Of a stretch of DNA of 64,000 nt, positions 52,230 to 64,000 are shown piece after piece. This DNA comes from Chiloscyllium plagiosum (Eukaryota), in NCBI RefSeq assembly GCF_004010195.1, contig NC_057718.1, forward strand, positions 74,498,330 through 74,562,329, in the 5' to 3' direction. Made by a program: the position numbers and the translations under genes. The notes below the pieces were generated by a model. That model was given only the letters and a program-made list of their open reading frames with translations. It was not told where the DNA came from and ran no database searches. Positions within the stretch are counted from its first letter, which is position 1; each line of letters starts with the position of its first letter.

Positions 52230-53149
52230 TTGAAGGTAGAAGACAGAGGGTGGTGGTGGAGGGTTGCTTTTCAGACAAGAAGCCTGGTGTGCTACAAGGA
52301 TCAGTGCTGGGTCCATTGCTTTTTGTCACACATATAAATGATTTGGATGTGAACATAGGAGTTATGGTTAGTAAGTTTGCAGATGACACCAAAATTGGAG
52401 GTATAGTGGATAGCGAAGAAGGTTACCTCAGAGTACAGAGCCAAGGAATGGCAGATGGAGATTAAATTAAACATATGTGAGGTGCTGTATTTTGGCAAAG
52501 CAAATCAGGGCAGGACTTATACACTTAATGGTAAGGTCCTGGGGAATATGCTGGACAAAGAGACTTTGGAGTGCAGGTTCATAATTCCTTGTAGTAGAGT
52601 CATAGGTACTCAGGATACTGAAGAAGGCATTTGGTATGCCTTTATTGGTCAGTGCATTGAGTATATGAGTTGGGAGGTCATGTAATGATTGTACAGGACA
52701 TTGGTTAAGTCACTTTTGGAATATTGTGTGCAGTTCTGGTTTCCCTGCCATAGGAAGGATATTGTGAAACTTGAAATAGTTCAGAAAAGATTCACAAGGA
52801 TGTTGCCAGGGTTGGAGGATTTGAGCTATAAGAGAGGCTGAATGGACTGGGGCTATTTTCCCTGGAGTCTCGGAAAGTGAGGGGCGGCCTTATAGAGGTT
52901 TACAAAATCATGAGGGGTATGGATAGGGTAAGTAGACAAGGTCTTTTCCTTGGGTTGGGGGAGTCCAAAACTAGAGGGTATAGGTTTAAGGTGAGAGGGG
53001 AAAGACTTAGAAGGGACCTAAGGGGCAACTTTGTCATGCAGAGGGAGCTGCCTGAGGAAGTGGTGGAGGCTAGTACAATTACAACATTTAAAAGGCATCT
53101 AAATGGGTATATGAATAGGAAGCGTTGACAGGGAGAAAGCCAAAAGACC

Positions 53150-55650
53150 AAAAGAACAAAAGAGAAGCATAATGCAGGAACAGGTCCTTTGGCCCTCCAG
53201 CCTGTGCTGATCATCATGCCCTAATTAAACTCAAAAAATAGATCTTCTGCCCTTATCCTGTTTGTATCCCTCTATTCCCTTCCTATTCATGTAACCATCC
53301 AGAGGCCTCTGAAATGTTGCCATCATGCCTGTTTCCATCACCTCTTCTGGTAGTGCAGTCCAGATTCCTATCACTCTCTGAATGAAAAACTTCCCTCGTA
53401 TATTTCCCTTAAACTTTACCCGTCTCATCTTGAATCTGTGCTCCCTTGAAATTGGAAACTCAACCCTGGGAAAAAGTTTCTGACAATCCACACTATCTAT
53501 ACCTCTCATAATTCTGTACAAGTCTCCTCTCAGCTGCCGTCTTTCCAGTGAAAACAATTCTAGTCTTTTTAACCTTCCAGATAGCCAATGCTTTCAAGAC
53601 CAGGCAACATCCTTCTGAACCTTCTTTGCATTCTCTTCAAAGCTTCCATGTCCATCTGTTAGTGTGGCGACCAAAGCTGCACACAATGCTCCAAATGTGG
53701 CCTACTAAGGGTTTTATATAGCTGCAACATGGTTTGCCAACTCTTGTACTCCATGCCCAGATGATGAAGGCAATAATGCCATATGCCTTCCTAATTACCT
53801 TGGCCACCTGCATTGCTATTCTTCGGGACCAGTGGACCTGCACGTGCAGATCCACCTGTATGTTAATGGTCCTAAGGGTTCTGCCATTTACAGTATAATT
53901 CACATTTAAATTTGATCTTCCAAAATGCATCACATCACATTTGTTGGGATTAAATTCCATCTGCCATTTCTATGCCCAAGTTGCCAATCTATCTTTAGCT
54001 TGTTGTATCCTTTCACAATCGTCGGCACTATCAGTAACTCCACCAATCTTCATGTCATCTGCAAATTTACTTATCAGATCACACATTTTCCTGCATTTAT
54101 ATACACTATAAACAACAGAGGACCTAAGACTGATCCCTGTGGAACGCCACTAGTTACTGGTCTCCATTCTAAAAAACACCCTTCCACCGCTACCCTCTGT
54201 CTTCTATGACCAAGCTAGTTTTGTATCCATCCAACCAATCCACGCTGAATCCCAAGTGATTTTAGTTTTTGTACCAATATCAAATGCTGTACTGAAGTTC
54301 ATGTAAAATATATCCACAGCCCTTGCCTCATTAATTATCTTTGTCACTTCTAAGAAGTTCCATCAGATTGGTGAGACATGATCTTCCCTGTATAAAACCT
54401 TGCTGCTGTCACTAACTAGTCCATTTTCTTTGCAAATGTGCATATATCTTGTCATTCAGTATCTTTTCTAGGAGCTTCCCCACCACAGACATCAGGCTCA
54501 ACGGTCTATAATTTCCTGGATTATCCATGCTTCTACAGTAACCTCAGATAGATCCCATCTGCCCCTGGGGACTTGTCTACCTTATCACATTTAGGATACC
54601 CAAAACTTCCTCCTTCAATGTGTTGACAGTCGCTAGAGTATTCACATACTCATCCCTGACCTTAACATCAGTCATGTCCTTCTTCTTGGTGAATACTGAT
54701 ACAAAGTACTCATGAAGGATCTCTCCCACTTACAGACTCACAGAGATGTACAGCATGAAAACAGACTCTTCCATCCAGTTCATTCATGCTGACCAGATAC
54801 CCTAAACTAATCTAGTCCCATTTAGCAGCACTTGGCCGATATCCCTCTATAACCTTCTTATTCATATACCCATCCAGATGCCTTTTAAATGTTGTAATTG
54901 TACCGGCCTCCACCACTTCTTCCGACAGCTCATTCTGTGCACGCACTGTCTTCTTTGTGAAAAAGTTGCCCCTTAGGTCCAATTTAAATCTTTCCCCACT
55001 CACGCTATCGATGCCCCTCATAATTTTATAAAACTTCCTGTGGCTCCATGCAAAGCTTCCCTCCTTTGTTCTTGCGTGGACTTACTTGTTCCCTTGCTAC
55101 ACTCTTTCTACTAATATTTGGATAAAACCCTTGGGATTCTCCTTGACCCTGTTTGCTAAAGACAGGCCCCTGTCTTTCATGGCCCCTTTTCGCCTTCCTA
55201 ATTCCTGATTTATTTATTTCTGAATTTCTCTATACTCCTCAAGGGCTTCATCAGTTTAAGCTGCCTACATCTATCATATGCTTACTTTTTCCTTTTGACT
55301 CAGGATACAATTTCCCTTGTCATCCATGGTTCCTGAATCCTGCCATTTCTATCCTTCAGTTTTATAGGGACATGCATTGTCCTGTACTTTAATCAAGTGA
55401 TTTTTAAAAGCCTCCCACTTGCCAGATATAGATTTGCAATCAAATACCTGCCCCCAACCATCTTTCTGCAGTTCCTACCTAATTTGGATATAATTGGCCC
55501 TTGTCGAATTAAGCACTCTCACCTGAGGGCCACTCTTGTCCTTGTCCATGACTACACAAAATCTTATGGAGTTATGGTTACTAAGCCCAAAATGCTCTTC
55601 TACTGAAACATCAATCCTGTTCATTCGCTATTACAAATCCTAGTATGGCC
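53150..55650 (-). mobile_element. CR1 LINE ORF2 with nested CR1 3' end (~54735-55035)
   Basis: ORFs 53231-53557 (FSLERRQLRGDL...WTALPEEV), 53637-53960 (MEFNPNKCDVMHFG), 54812-55021. Confidence 0.9.
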
Positions 55651-55712
55651 AAATGCTGACAAATAGGACTTGATTTATATAGGATATCTGGTTGGCATGG
55701 ACAATTTGGACC

Positions 55713-56330
55713 TGTTGTGATGCTGCTCCATTAACAAGATTATTCTGTCCTTGGTTTTTGTTTCAGAGGGGTTGTAAAGGCAGAGGTTCGAATATGCCTG
55801 GAAATATCTACTTGAGAAATCTTTTAAGTTTTTTTTAAAAAACACTTGTACAACGAAAGGGGAATGGCCAGTTCTTCGAGTTCAGGATTTGGTTTAGTTC
55901 GGTTTTAGCAAGCTGTTTTGTTTGCAGCTGCTGGTCACATTTTAGCTGGGAATTCAGAGAAGCTGCCGGGGACCCAAAGAAGCAATTCCATACTAATCCT
56001 CTCTCTCTTTGCAATCTCTCTCCTGGAAGAACCGTGTTTGAATTTATCTTTTTGCCAAGGGGTGTAATATGGAATGTTGCAGAAAATTGGAACAGCTCTT
56101 TGCTCAGTTGCGTTTTCATGTTGGTTGGGTTTTCAAATAGTTATGCTATTCTAAATTCAGTTTTCTTTTGTTCACATGTAAATATGTTCAGTTTTGTTTA
56201 AATCTAAGTGATTGAGCTGGCTGCATCATTCCTGGAATATCCACCTTACACCTGCTTAAAACAACTAGACAAGTTAAGATCTGGGCTACCTTCTTGAAAT
56301 GCCTTGAGGGGTCTGGCCTGGTCCATAACA
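55713..56330 (+). mobile_element. Solo LTR (same family as 2380-2982)
   Basis: TGTT...AACA termini, interrupts a CR1 3' UTR (GGACC|GAAGGG), degenerate TSD GACC/GAAT. Confidence 0.78.
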
Positions 56331-57145
56331 GAATGAAGGGTCTATTTCCTTGCTGTAAGTCTTATCACGCTATAACTGTAGACTGGTGAGCCTGACATCA
56401 ATGGTGGTTAAGTTGTTAGAGAAAATTCTGAGGAACACAATTTACAAGGATTTGGAAAGGCAAGGACTGATTAGAGATAGTCAATATGGATTTGTGCATG
56501 GGAAATCATTTCTGACTTGATTGAGCTTTTTGAAGAAGTGACAAAGAAGTTGATGAAATCAGAGTGGTAGATGTTGCCTATATGGACTTCAGTATGGTGT
56601 TCAACAAGGTTTTTCATGGCAAACTGGTTAGAAAGGTTAGATTACATGAAAAACAGGGAGATCTAGCCATTTGAATACAAAATAGGTTTGAAGGTCGGAG
56701 ACAGAGGGTATTGGTGGAGGATTGCTTTCTGGACTGAAGGTCTGTGACTAGCGGTGTGCTGCAAGGGGTGGTGCTTGGTCCACTGCTTTTTTGTATTTAT
56801 ATAAATGATCTGGATGTGAATATAGGAGGTATGGTTACTAATTTAGATGACACAGATGACACCACAGTTGGTAGTGCAGTGAATAGCAAAGAAGGTTACC
56901 TCAGATGGGAAAATGGGCCAAGGGGTGGCAGATAGAGTTTAATTTAGATAAATGTATGATGTTGCATTTTCATAGGGCAAATCAGGGCAAAACTTGTACA
57001 CTTAATGGTAAGGTTCTGGGGATTTTTCCAAACGAAGAGACCTTGGGGTGCAGCTTTATTGTTTCTTGAAAGTAGAGTCACAGATAGACAGGGTAGTGAA
57101 GAAGATGTTTGTTACACTTGCCTTAATTGGTCAGTGCACTGAGTA

Positions 57146-58285
57146 TGTGGGATTGTGCAAAAATCCCCATCATCTAAAATACTGGACACAACTGTGGACT
57201 TATCCAACATCTAAAATACTGGACAAAATCCTGAGCTCGGGCTGCAACAAATACACACAGTGCCTGAATGATTTCTATCTGGGACTACTGTTCAATCTAG
57301 AATTCCAATTTATACTTCCACTATAATAGAACAATCAACCAGACCTAACTCTCTGGACTGAAACTAATGTTTACACTTTATGCTACCCAACGCAGACAGT
57401 ATGGAGCCTCAGAGATACTGGACATTCAACTTCAATCAAAATACATTCACAGGTATTCAGTTTAACTGTCAGGAAGCCAATTCACCTCAAAGGGAACACC
57501 AGAAACTTAACAGACAACACAGATTTATTGAGGGGATAATGGGGTACACAGTCTGTATAACTGTTAGTCGTGATTTTACCTGAGGAGAGAGATTTTTCAA
57601 CAACAGCTTCTGCAAAAACAGCCTCCCAACAGACTTCCAGGCCCAATAAGCAGCTTTGGAACCAAGAACAATATTGACTGAACAGGGAAACTAAATCAGG
57701 AAGCCAAACCAAGGCAACCTTGCAACAAAGGACATTGAGAGGGGGAAGCCAACCAAGCACTATCCGAACAAGAGCTTCGAGACATAGGCTTGTTCCAAAC
57801 CAAGAGAAACGTCAGAAGAATCTCAGCAACCTGACGTATTTTAAAACTGTGTTTTCCTCAGTGGTAAACTAAAACTCCCGAGACCTCAAAGTTTTGGCCT
57901 AGACAGCAATGAGGGGAAAGTGGGTGGTAACAGTGCATGGGAGCCCATAGGTAGGAACCCAGATTAAAGTTTCTGTGATTAAAACTGCAGTTTAGATTCT
58001 AATACTGTTTAATCTGTCTGCAATTTAATTGTGTATTTAATTACCGTCCTCTGTACAGCTGATTGTGTCAATTTCCCTGTTCATTGCATTTACTTATAGT
58101 TCTTGTGACATACTTACCTTTGTATTGTAAATAAACACAGAGATTCTTATGACCTGAAACACATGTCTACTGCCTTCTTCTTTTCACATTCCCTAAATAA
58201 GTCCAGTGCCTAGAACCAGCGATCTGGGAGTAATTTGAACTACCTAAAAATCAGCAAATTACTGATTGCAAACCAGAACCCTACA
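57146..58285 (+). mobile_element. Long solo LTR (ERV-like, 1140 bp)
   Basis: TG...CA termini, exact 4-bp TSD AGTA (57142-57145/58286-58289), AATAAA at 58130, internal duplicated CATCTAAAATACTGGACA. Confidence 0.85.
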
Positions 58286-58588
58286 AGTACAGGAGTTAGG
58301 AGGTCAAGTTTTGGCTGTACAGGAGATTGGTGAGGACACTTTTGGAATATCAATTCTGCAGGGTTGGAGTGTTTGAACTATAGGGAGAGGCTGAATTGTC
58401 TGGGCCTATTTCCCCTGGAGCATCGAAGGATGAGGATGATCTTATAGTAGTTTATAAAATCATGAGGGGCATGGATAGGATGAATAGTCAAGATCTTTTC
58501 CCCATGGTAGGGGAATCCAAAACCAGAGGGCATGGGTTTAAGATGAGAGGGGAAAGATTTAAAAGGGACCTAAGGGGCAACTTTTTCA

Positions 58589-59640
58589 TAGGGGAATAGC
58601 GAGGACTGCAGATGCTGGAGATCAGAGTCTAGATTAGAATGGTGCTGGAAAAGCACAGCAGGTCAGGCAGCATCCGAGGAGCAGGAAAACCAACATTTCG
58701 GGCAAAATCCCTTCATCGGGAATGAATGCAGGGAGCCTCTGGGATGGAGAGGCCAAACTACCCCTGCACCCCCTTTATCCACTGGTTTGATGGTAAAATT
58801 GGGATTGCAGCAGAGGGAGTGGAGGACTGTGCGTTGTGAGGGTGAGAGGTTGGAGTGGGGGAGGGGGGTAGATAGGTTGAGGTGGTTAATGTCTTGGCGG
58901 CAGTTGGAAATGAAGAGATCAAGGGCAGATAATAGGCCAGCACAGGGTGTCCAGGTGGATGGAGTGTGTTGGAGGCAAGTGAAGAGGTCCTTGGAAGGTG
59001 GGCGGGAGTCCTGATTGAAAAAGTAAGCTCGGAGACGGAGGCGGCGGAAGAAGTGTTCGACGTCACAACGCGTATTGAGTTCATTGATGCGTGTCCTTTG
59101 CTGAAGACTGATTATTCGTCCTCAGTGATGGGGGAGGTCTGGGAGTTAGTGAAAACTCGGTATGGCTGGGAGCTAGGACCTGGTGGAGGTGTGGAACTGG
59201 GAGTGGGGACAGACCCTGTAACTGGAAGCATTGGTGGGGGCAGAAGTAGTGGCGAACACGGCGTGGGGGGGTGGCGGAAGTCACTGAACTTGTGACGTCG
59301 GCGATGATGTGAGGGGCAGAAGTGATGTCACGTGTGATGCATGTGAAATTGTGAGGGGTGGAAGTGGCTGCGGTAGCAGCCATGATGGGGGTGGAAGTGA
59401 TGTCATCGATCGCCGTGGGGATGGTAGCTGTATCAGCCTCGTGGCTAATGGCGGCTGAGTTGTTCCGAAGGCCGGGGGAACCTTCTAGAATGTTTGAAGA
59501 GTGCTGGTTATGGAGGTGTGTACATAAAAGTTTGTTGTACTTACAGTTTTTGATGTTTGAGATGTTGTTGAAATACTGTTTGTTGTACTTACAGTTTTTG
59601 ATGTTTGAGATGTTGTTGAAATACTGTTTGTTGAGAGTAT
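58589..59640 (-). mobile_element. Internally deleted PLE family A (N-terminal ORF region joined to terminal repeat)
   Basis: TSD GGCAAC(T/C)TTTTCA (58576-58588/59641-59653); minus strand encodes PNFTIKPVDKGGA (PLE RT N-terminal KPADKG motif) near 58765-58805; mutated hammerhead CCGATGA...GAAA at 58690-58720. Confidence 0.82.
59531..59633. repeat. Exact 48-bp tandem duplication
   Basis: 59531-59578 equals 59579-59626. Confidence 0.95.
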
Positions 59641-60034
59641 GGCAACCTTTTCAGACAGAGGGTGGGCTGCATAGGAAGTGGTCGAGGCTGATACAATTAG
59701 GACATTTAAAAGGCATCTGGATGAGTATATGACTAGAAAGGATTTAGAGGGATATGGGCTAAATGCTGGCAAATAGGAGTAGACTAATGTAGAATATCTG
59801 GTCAGCATGGATCGAAGGGTCTGTTTTCATTCTGCACATTTCTGTGTAACAGAGATGACTATAACCTATGACTATAATTCCAGATATTCTTTTCCCTCTT
59901 TTATTGAATTCAAATTCCATCACCTGCCATGGCAGGATTTGAATTCATTCCCCAGGACATTACCTGGGTCTCTGGATTAATAGTCAAGTGATAATATCAC
60001 TAAGTCATCGCCTTTCCTCTTCAGTTATGAGACT

Positions 60035-61337
60035 AGACAGGTTGGAGGTGGCTGAGGAAATAGCGGAGGCGTTGGTTGAGATCTTTCAAAAGTCACTGGA
60101 GTCAGGGAAAGTCCCAGATGATTGGAAGATCGCTGTTGTAACCCCCTTGTTCAAGAAAGGATCAAGGCAAAAGATGGAAAATTATAGGCCAATTAGCCTA
60201 ACCTCGGTTGTTGGTAAAATTCTAGAATCCATCATTAAGGATGAGGTTTCTAAATTCTTGGAAGAGCAGGGTCGGATTAGAACAAGTCAACATGGATTTA
60301 GTAAGGGGAGGTCATGCCTGACAAACCTGTTCTTTGAAGAGTTAACAAGTAGGTTAGACCNNNNNNNNNNNNNNNNNNNNNNNNNNNNNNNNNNNNNNNN
60401 NNNNNNNNNNNNNNNNNNNNNNNNNNNNNNNNNNNNNNNNNNNNNNNNNNNNNNNNNNNNNNNNNNNNNNNNNNNNNNNNNNNNNNNNNNNNNNNNNNNN
60501 NNNNNNNNNNNNNNNNNNNNNNNNNNNNNNNNNNNNNNNNNNNNNNNNNNNNNNNNNNNNNNNNNNNNNNNNNNNNNNNNNNNNNNNNNNNNNNNNNNNN
60601 NNNNNNNNNNNNNNNNNNNNNNNNNNNNNNNNNNNNNNNNNNNNNNNNNNNNNNNNNNNNNNNNNNNNNNNNNNNNNNNNNNNNNNNNNNNNNNNNNNNN
60701 NNNNNNNNNNNNNNNNNNNNNNNNNNNNNNNNNNNNNNNNNNNNNNNNNNNNNNNNNNNNNNNNNNNNNNNNNNNNNNNNNNNNNNNNNNNNNNNNNNNN
60801 NNNNNNNNNNNNNNNNNNNNNNNNNNNNNNNNNNNNNNNNNNNNNNNNNNNNNNNNNNNNNNNNNNNNNNNNNNNNNNNNNNNNNNNNNNNNNNNNNNNN
60901 NNNNNNNNNNNNNNNNNNNNNNNNNNNNNNNNNNNNNNNNNNNNNNNNNNNNNNNNNNNNNNNNNNNNNNNNNNNNNNNNNNNNNNNNNNNNNNNNNNNN
61001 NNNNNNNNNNNNNNNNNNNNNNNNNNNNNNNNNNNNNNNNNNNNNNNNNNNNNNNNNNNNNNNAGGGGGTAAATTCAGAACAGAAATGCGGAGACATTTC
61101 TTCAGCCAGAGAGTGGTGGGCCTGTGGAATTCATTGCCACAGAGTGCAGTGGAGGCTGGGACGCTAAATGTCTTCAAGGCAGAAATTGATAAATTCTTGA
61201 TGTCACAAGGAATTAAGGGCTACGGGGAGAATGCGGGTAAGTGGAGTTGAAATGCCCATCAGCCATGATTGAATAGCGAAGTGGACTTGATGGGCCGAAT
61301 GGCCTTACTTCCGCTCCTATGTCTTATGGTCTTATGG
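60035..61337 (+). mobile_element. Young 5'-truncated CR1 LINE spanning an assembly gap
   Basis: VPDDWKIAVVTPLFKKG...NYRPISLTSVVGK...GRSCLTNL; FFSQRVVGLWNSLP; (TCTTATGG)n tail. Confidence 0.95.
60361..61063. other. Assembly gap (N run)
   Basis: 703 N inside young CR1 ORF2. Confidence 1.
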
Positions 61338-62219
61338 ACCTGTTTTCCTTGGAAAGAGGCAGCTGAGAGGGCATCTGATTATGTCACAACTTGACAAACG
61401 CATTTATTATAACTGAGGCGAATGTTGTCTGCCTTTGAAAAATCTCAGATCTAGTGATTGCCTTTAAAGTATCAAAAGTGAGGATGTAGAGAATAAATTA
61501 AAACTTTTTTTTCCAAATTTGTTTAAGGAACTTGACTAATGGTCATAGAGTCATAAATCATACAGCATAGAAACAAGCCCTTTGGCCCACCATGTCTATG
61601 TCAATCAAAAAATAGCAAACTACACTAATCCATTTGCATCCTTGCAACAGCATTCCAATGAAAGGTGTCTGTGTGATTCAAAGTACAGTACGAATGCTGA
61701 AATGTACTAATGTACCACGATGATGTGGTGACAATGTCATAGTTTATGGCTATAGGGTGCATGCGGCTAATGTCCATGATGTGTGCCCTGTGACATTGAT
61801 GCTAGGTGTCCAAAATGGAGGTCTAGTAGAGATGGTTAGCACTAAATTTCATTTTGGGAATTCTTGGCATCTAGTTTCTATCTAGGAAGTGTGAGAATGT
61901 GAAACTGCATTTTAATGTGGCAAGATTAGGTAGCAATATGGGTGATCTTGAGTGGTAATTCATGCAGATGGCTGCTGGCTGCTGACTAAGGAGAATCTCA
62001 TTTCACCATCCAACATTCGATTGAAAAATGGGACTTTTTTGCTATCAACATCAAGAAGTTCCTCACTGGACATTTCACTCAATTTTCCTAACTTTCTTAC
62101 CACGGCCCACATCACTTAGGGGCTGGGAATATTTTTGCCTGTAGCAATCGGCAGAAGGATTAGGGGAGTTGAATTTTATTTTACACAGCGCATAGTGAGG
62201 AGCCAGAATTTATTGCTTG

Positions 62220-62520
62220 GGGTGGCATGGTGGCCCAGTGGTTAGCACTGCCACCTCACAGCACCAGGGTCCCAGATTTGATTCCAGCCTCCGGCGACTG
62301 TCTGTGTGGAGTTTGCACATTCTCCCCGTGTCTGCGTGGGTTTCCTCTGGGTGCTCCGATTTCCTCCCACAGTCCAAAGATGTGTAGATCAGGTGAATTG
62401 CCCATAGTGTTAGGTGCATTAGTCAGAGGGAAATAGGTCTGGATGGGTTGCTCTTCGGAGGGTCGGTGTGGACTGTTTGGGCTGAAGGGCCTGTTTCCAC
62501 ACTGTAGGTAATCTAATCTA
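62220..62520 (+). mobile_element. V-SINE
   Basis: tRNA head, V-domain, (AATCT)n tail. Confidence 0.92.
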
Positions 62521-62660
62521 AAATATAGATGAGGTAGACATTAAAGGGCATCTAAATATGAAAAGCTGTAACCTAAAAAGTTATAGACCTATTAGTGGAA
62601 AATTAGATTAAGATGGGCTCTTTTTTTGGGATGGACATAGTTGGCCAAATGCCCTTTTTT

Positions 62661-62968
62661 TAGATTAGATTACTTACAGTGTGGAAACAGGCCCTTCAGC
62701 CCAAAATGCCCACCCCGACCCTCTGAAGAGCAACCCACCCAGACCCATTCCCCTATACTTTTACCCCTTCACCTAACACTACGGGCAATTTAGCATGGCC
62801 AATTCACCTAACCTGCACATTTTTAGACCGTGGGAGGAAACCAGAGCACCCGGAGGAAACGGGGGAGAATGTGCAAACTCCACACAGTCAGTTGCCTGAG
62901 GGGGGAATTGAACCCGAGTCCCTGACGCTGTGAGGTAGCAGTGCTAACCACTGTGCCACCGTGCCACC
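62661..62968 (-). mobile_element. V-SINE, inverted relative to 62220-62520
   Basis: Reverse complement of the complete SINE. Confidence 0.92.
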
Positions 62969-64000
62969 CATGTTGTAAATTTCTATGATTCTACAAATGA
63001 GGTATGTAACTGTATTATAATATTGGAGCAGATTGGTTGCTTCCCCAGACTCCACCTTCATTGGAACAGGAATCTAATTTTTCATCTGACTGAAATCCAA
63101 CACACACTTGCAAATTGTGTAAAGACTTCAGAATACTACTTATTTGAGAACTTAACAAGTCAAGACAATATTCCTGGACTCATCACAAAAGTTAAAGATT
63201 TTAAGAAGTAAACAAAATTCCATTATTTATCTGTCTTGCAGATGCAACTTGTAAAAAAATATTGACCACGCTTCGGTACTTGACTACTATTTATTGTAAG
63301 CAATTAGACAATTGCTGCATGGAAAACAGTTATGATCAATTGGCATATAATACTAAATTAAAACCAATCCCCTATAAAGTTCCTTGTATATATAAACACA
63401 CACAAACACAGAAAAATATACACAGATGTTACGGACTGAGTGAACATTGGCAAAACTATTCAGTGGTCATTATTCACAGCATCTATTGAGCTTATTCTTA
63501 ACATTCTTGTGTTGGTCAGAATACTGCTTCTCAGTCACTCTTCTCCGGATGTGTCCACTGATTTGCAAAGGGTGCAGGGGAGCTTGTTAAATTTACCAAA
63601 GATCCCTGACTTATTGCCTAAAAGTCACAGCTTATAACAATTGCTGAAAGAAAAACTGGCTTTGTTCATGATTAAAATGGTTTACTACAGAGAAAAGAGA
63701 GGTGCTATGCTGGTCATGATTTGAAAGTTTCCCTCTAACCTTTTAGTTGGTTCTCAGGTAGCTGAATAGTTTGAACCTATCAGGTAATTATTGGCAGGCA
63801 GAAGACCTTTGACATTGGTAACTGGTCACTAGACAACAACCAGTTCACTGTTGCCTCATTTATATACATTCATTTTAGCAACCACATGCTCTCCCCCCAC
63901 ACCCCTCCCCCCCCCCCGACTATCCCCTCCGCATCCCCATGCAGCATTACACAATCTTTGCATTTAGAACATAGAACAGTACAGGATGGAAATAGGCCCT

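Larger units (their letters stand above)
50460..53127 (+). mobile_element. CR1 LINE ORF2, split by a PLE insertion
   Basis: KSHLTNLIEFFEE...YMDFSKAF (50789-50999) continues at 52230 with EGRRQRVVVEG...FADDTK. Confidence 0.9.
56380..59875 (+). mobile_element. CR1 LINE ORF2 3' half, interrupted by a solo LTR and a PLE
   Basis: TSGVLQGVVLGPLLFCIYINDLD (56744-56935); VYKIMRGMDR...RGNFF (58440-58590) resumes at 59641. Confidence 0.88.

Noticed and set aside
59988..61250. Long ORFs of 247-420 aa (also 21049-22191 and overlapping frames)
   Set aside because: Length is inflated by N runs; the real residues are CR1 ORF2, not host genes.
62220..62295. tRNA genes at SINE heads
   Set aside because: A/B boxes run directly into the V-domain and LINE-like tail; these are SINE heads, not tRNA genes.
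63891..63938. C-rich tract (possible G-quadruplex on minus strand)
   Set aside because: Simple low-complexity run with no supporting context.

Overview
Eukaryotic (vertebrate) genomic DNA, AT-rich and almost entirely built from nested retroelements. The repeat complement (V-domain tRNA-SINEs with CR1-type tails, many CR1 LINEs, Penelope-like elements) matches a shark/elasmobranch genome; this is inferred from repeat families, not from a database hit. No host gene could be identified with confidence, so the window is probably intronic or intergenic, with only weak candidate exons. Contents: about 20 CR1 LINE fragments (the two youngest are broken by N gaps); 13 V-SINE copies; a decayed full-length Gypsy LTR retrotransposon (14038-19389, minus strand, both LTRs, PBS, PPT, 5-bp TSD); at least four solo LTRs with 4-bp TSDs; a class I endogenous retrovirus integrase relic (~37100-37890); a Tigger/pogo-type MITE; and a ~39-bp minisatellite. 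The most notable signal is three distinct Penelope-like element families, each carrying a minimal hammerhead-ribozyme motif (CTGANGA-stem II-GAAA-NN-TH). Several copies are tiny non-coding fold-back insertions flanked by 12-16 bp target-site duplications, including a 124-bp spacer-less palindrome centred on the predicted ribozyme cleavage position. Boundaries of old repeats are approximate; TSD-defined boundaries were read directly from the sequence.
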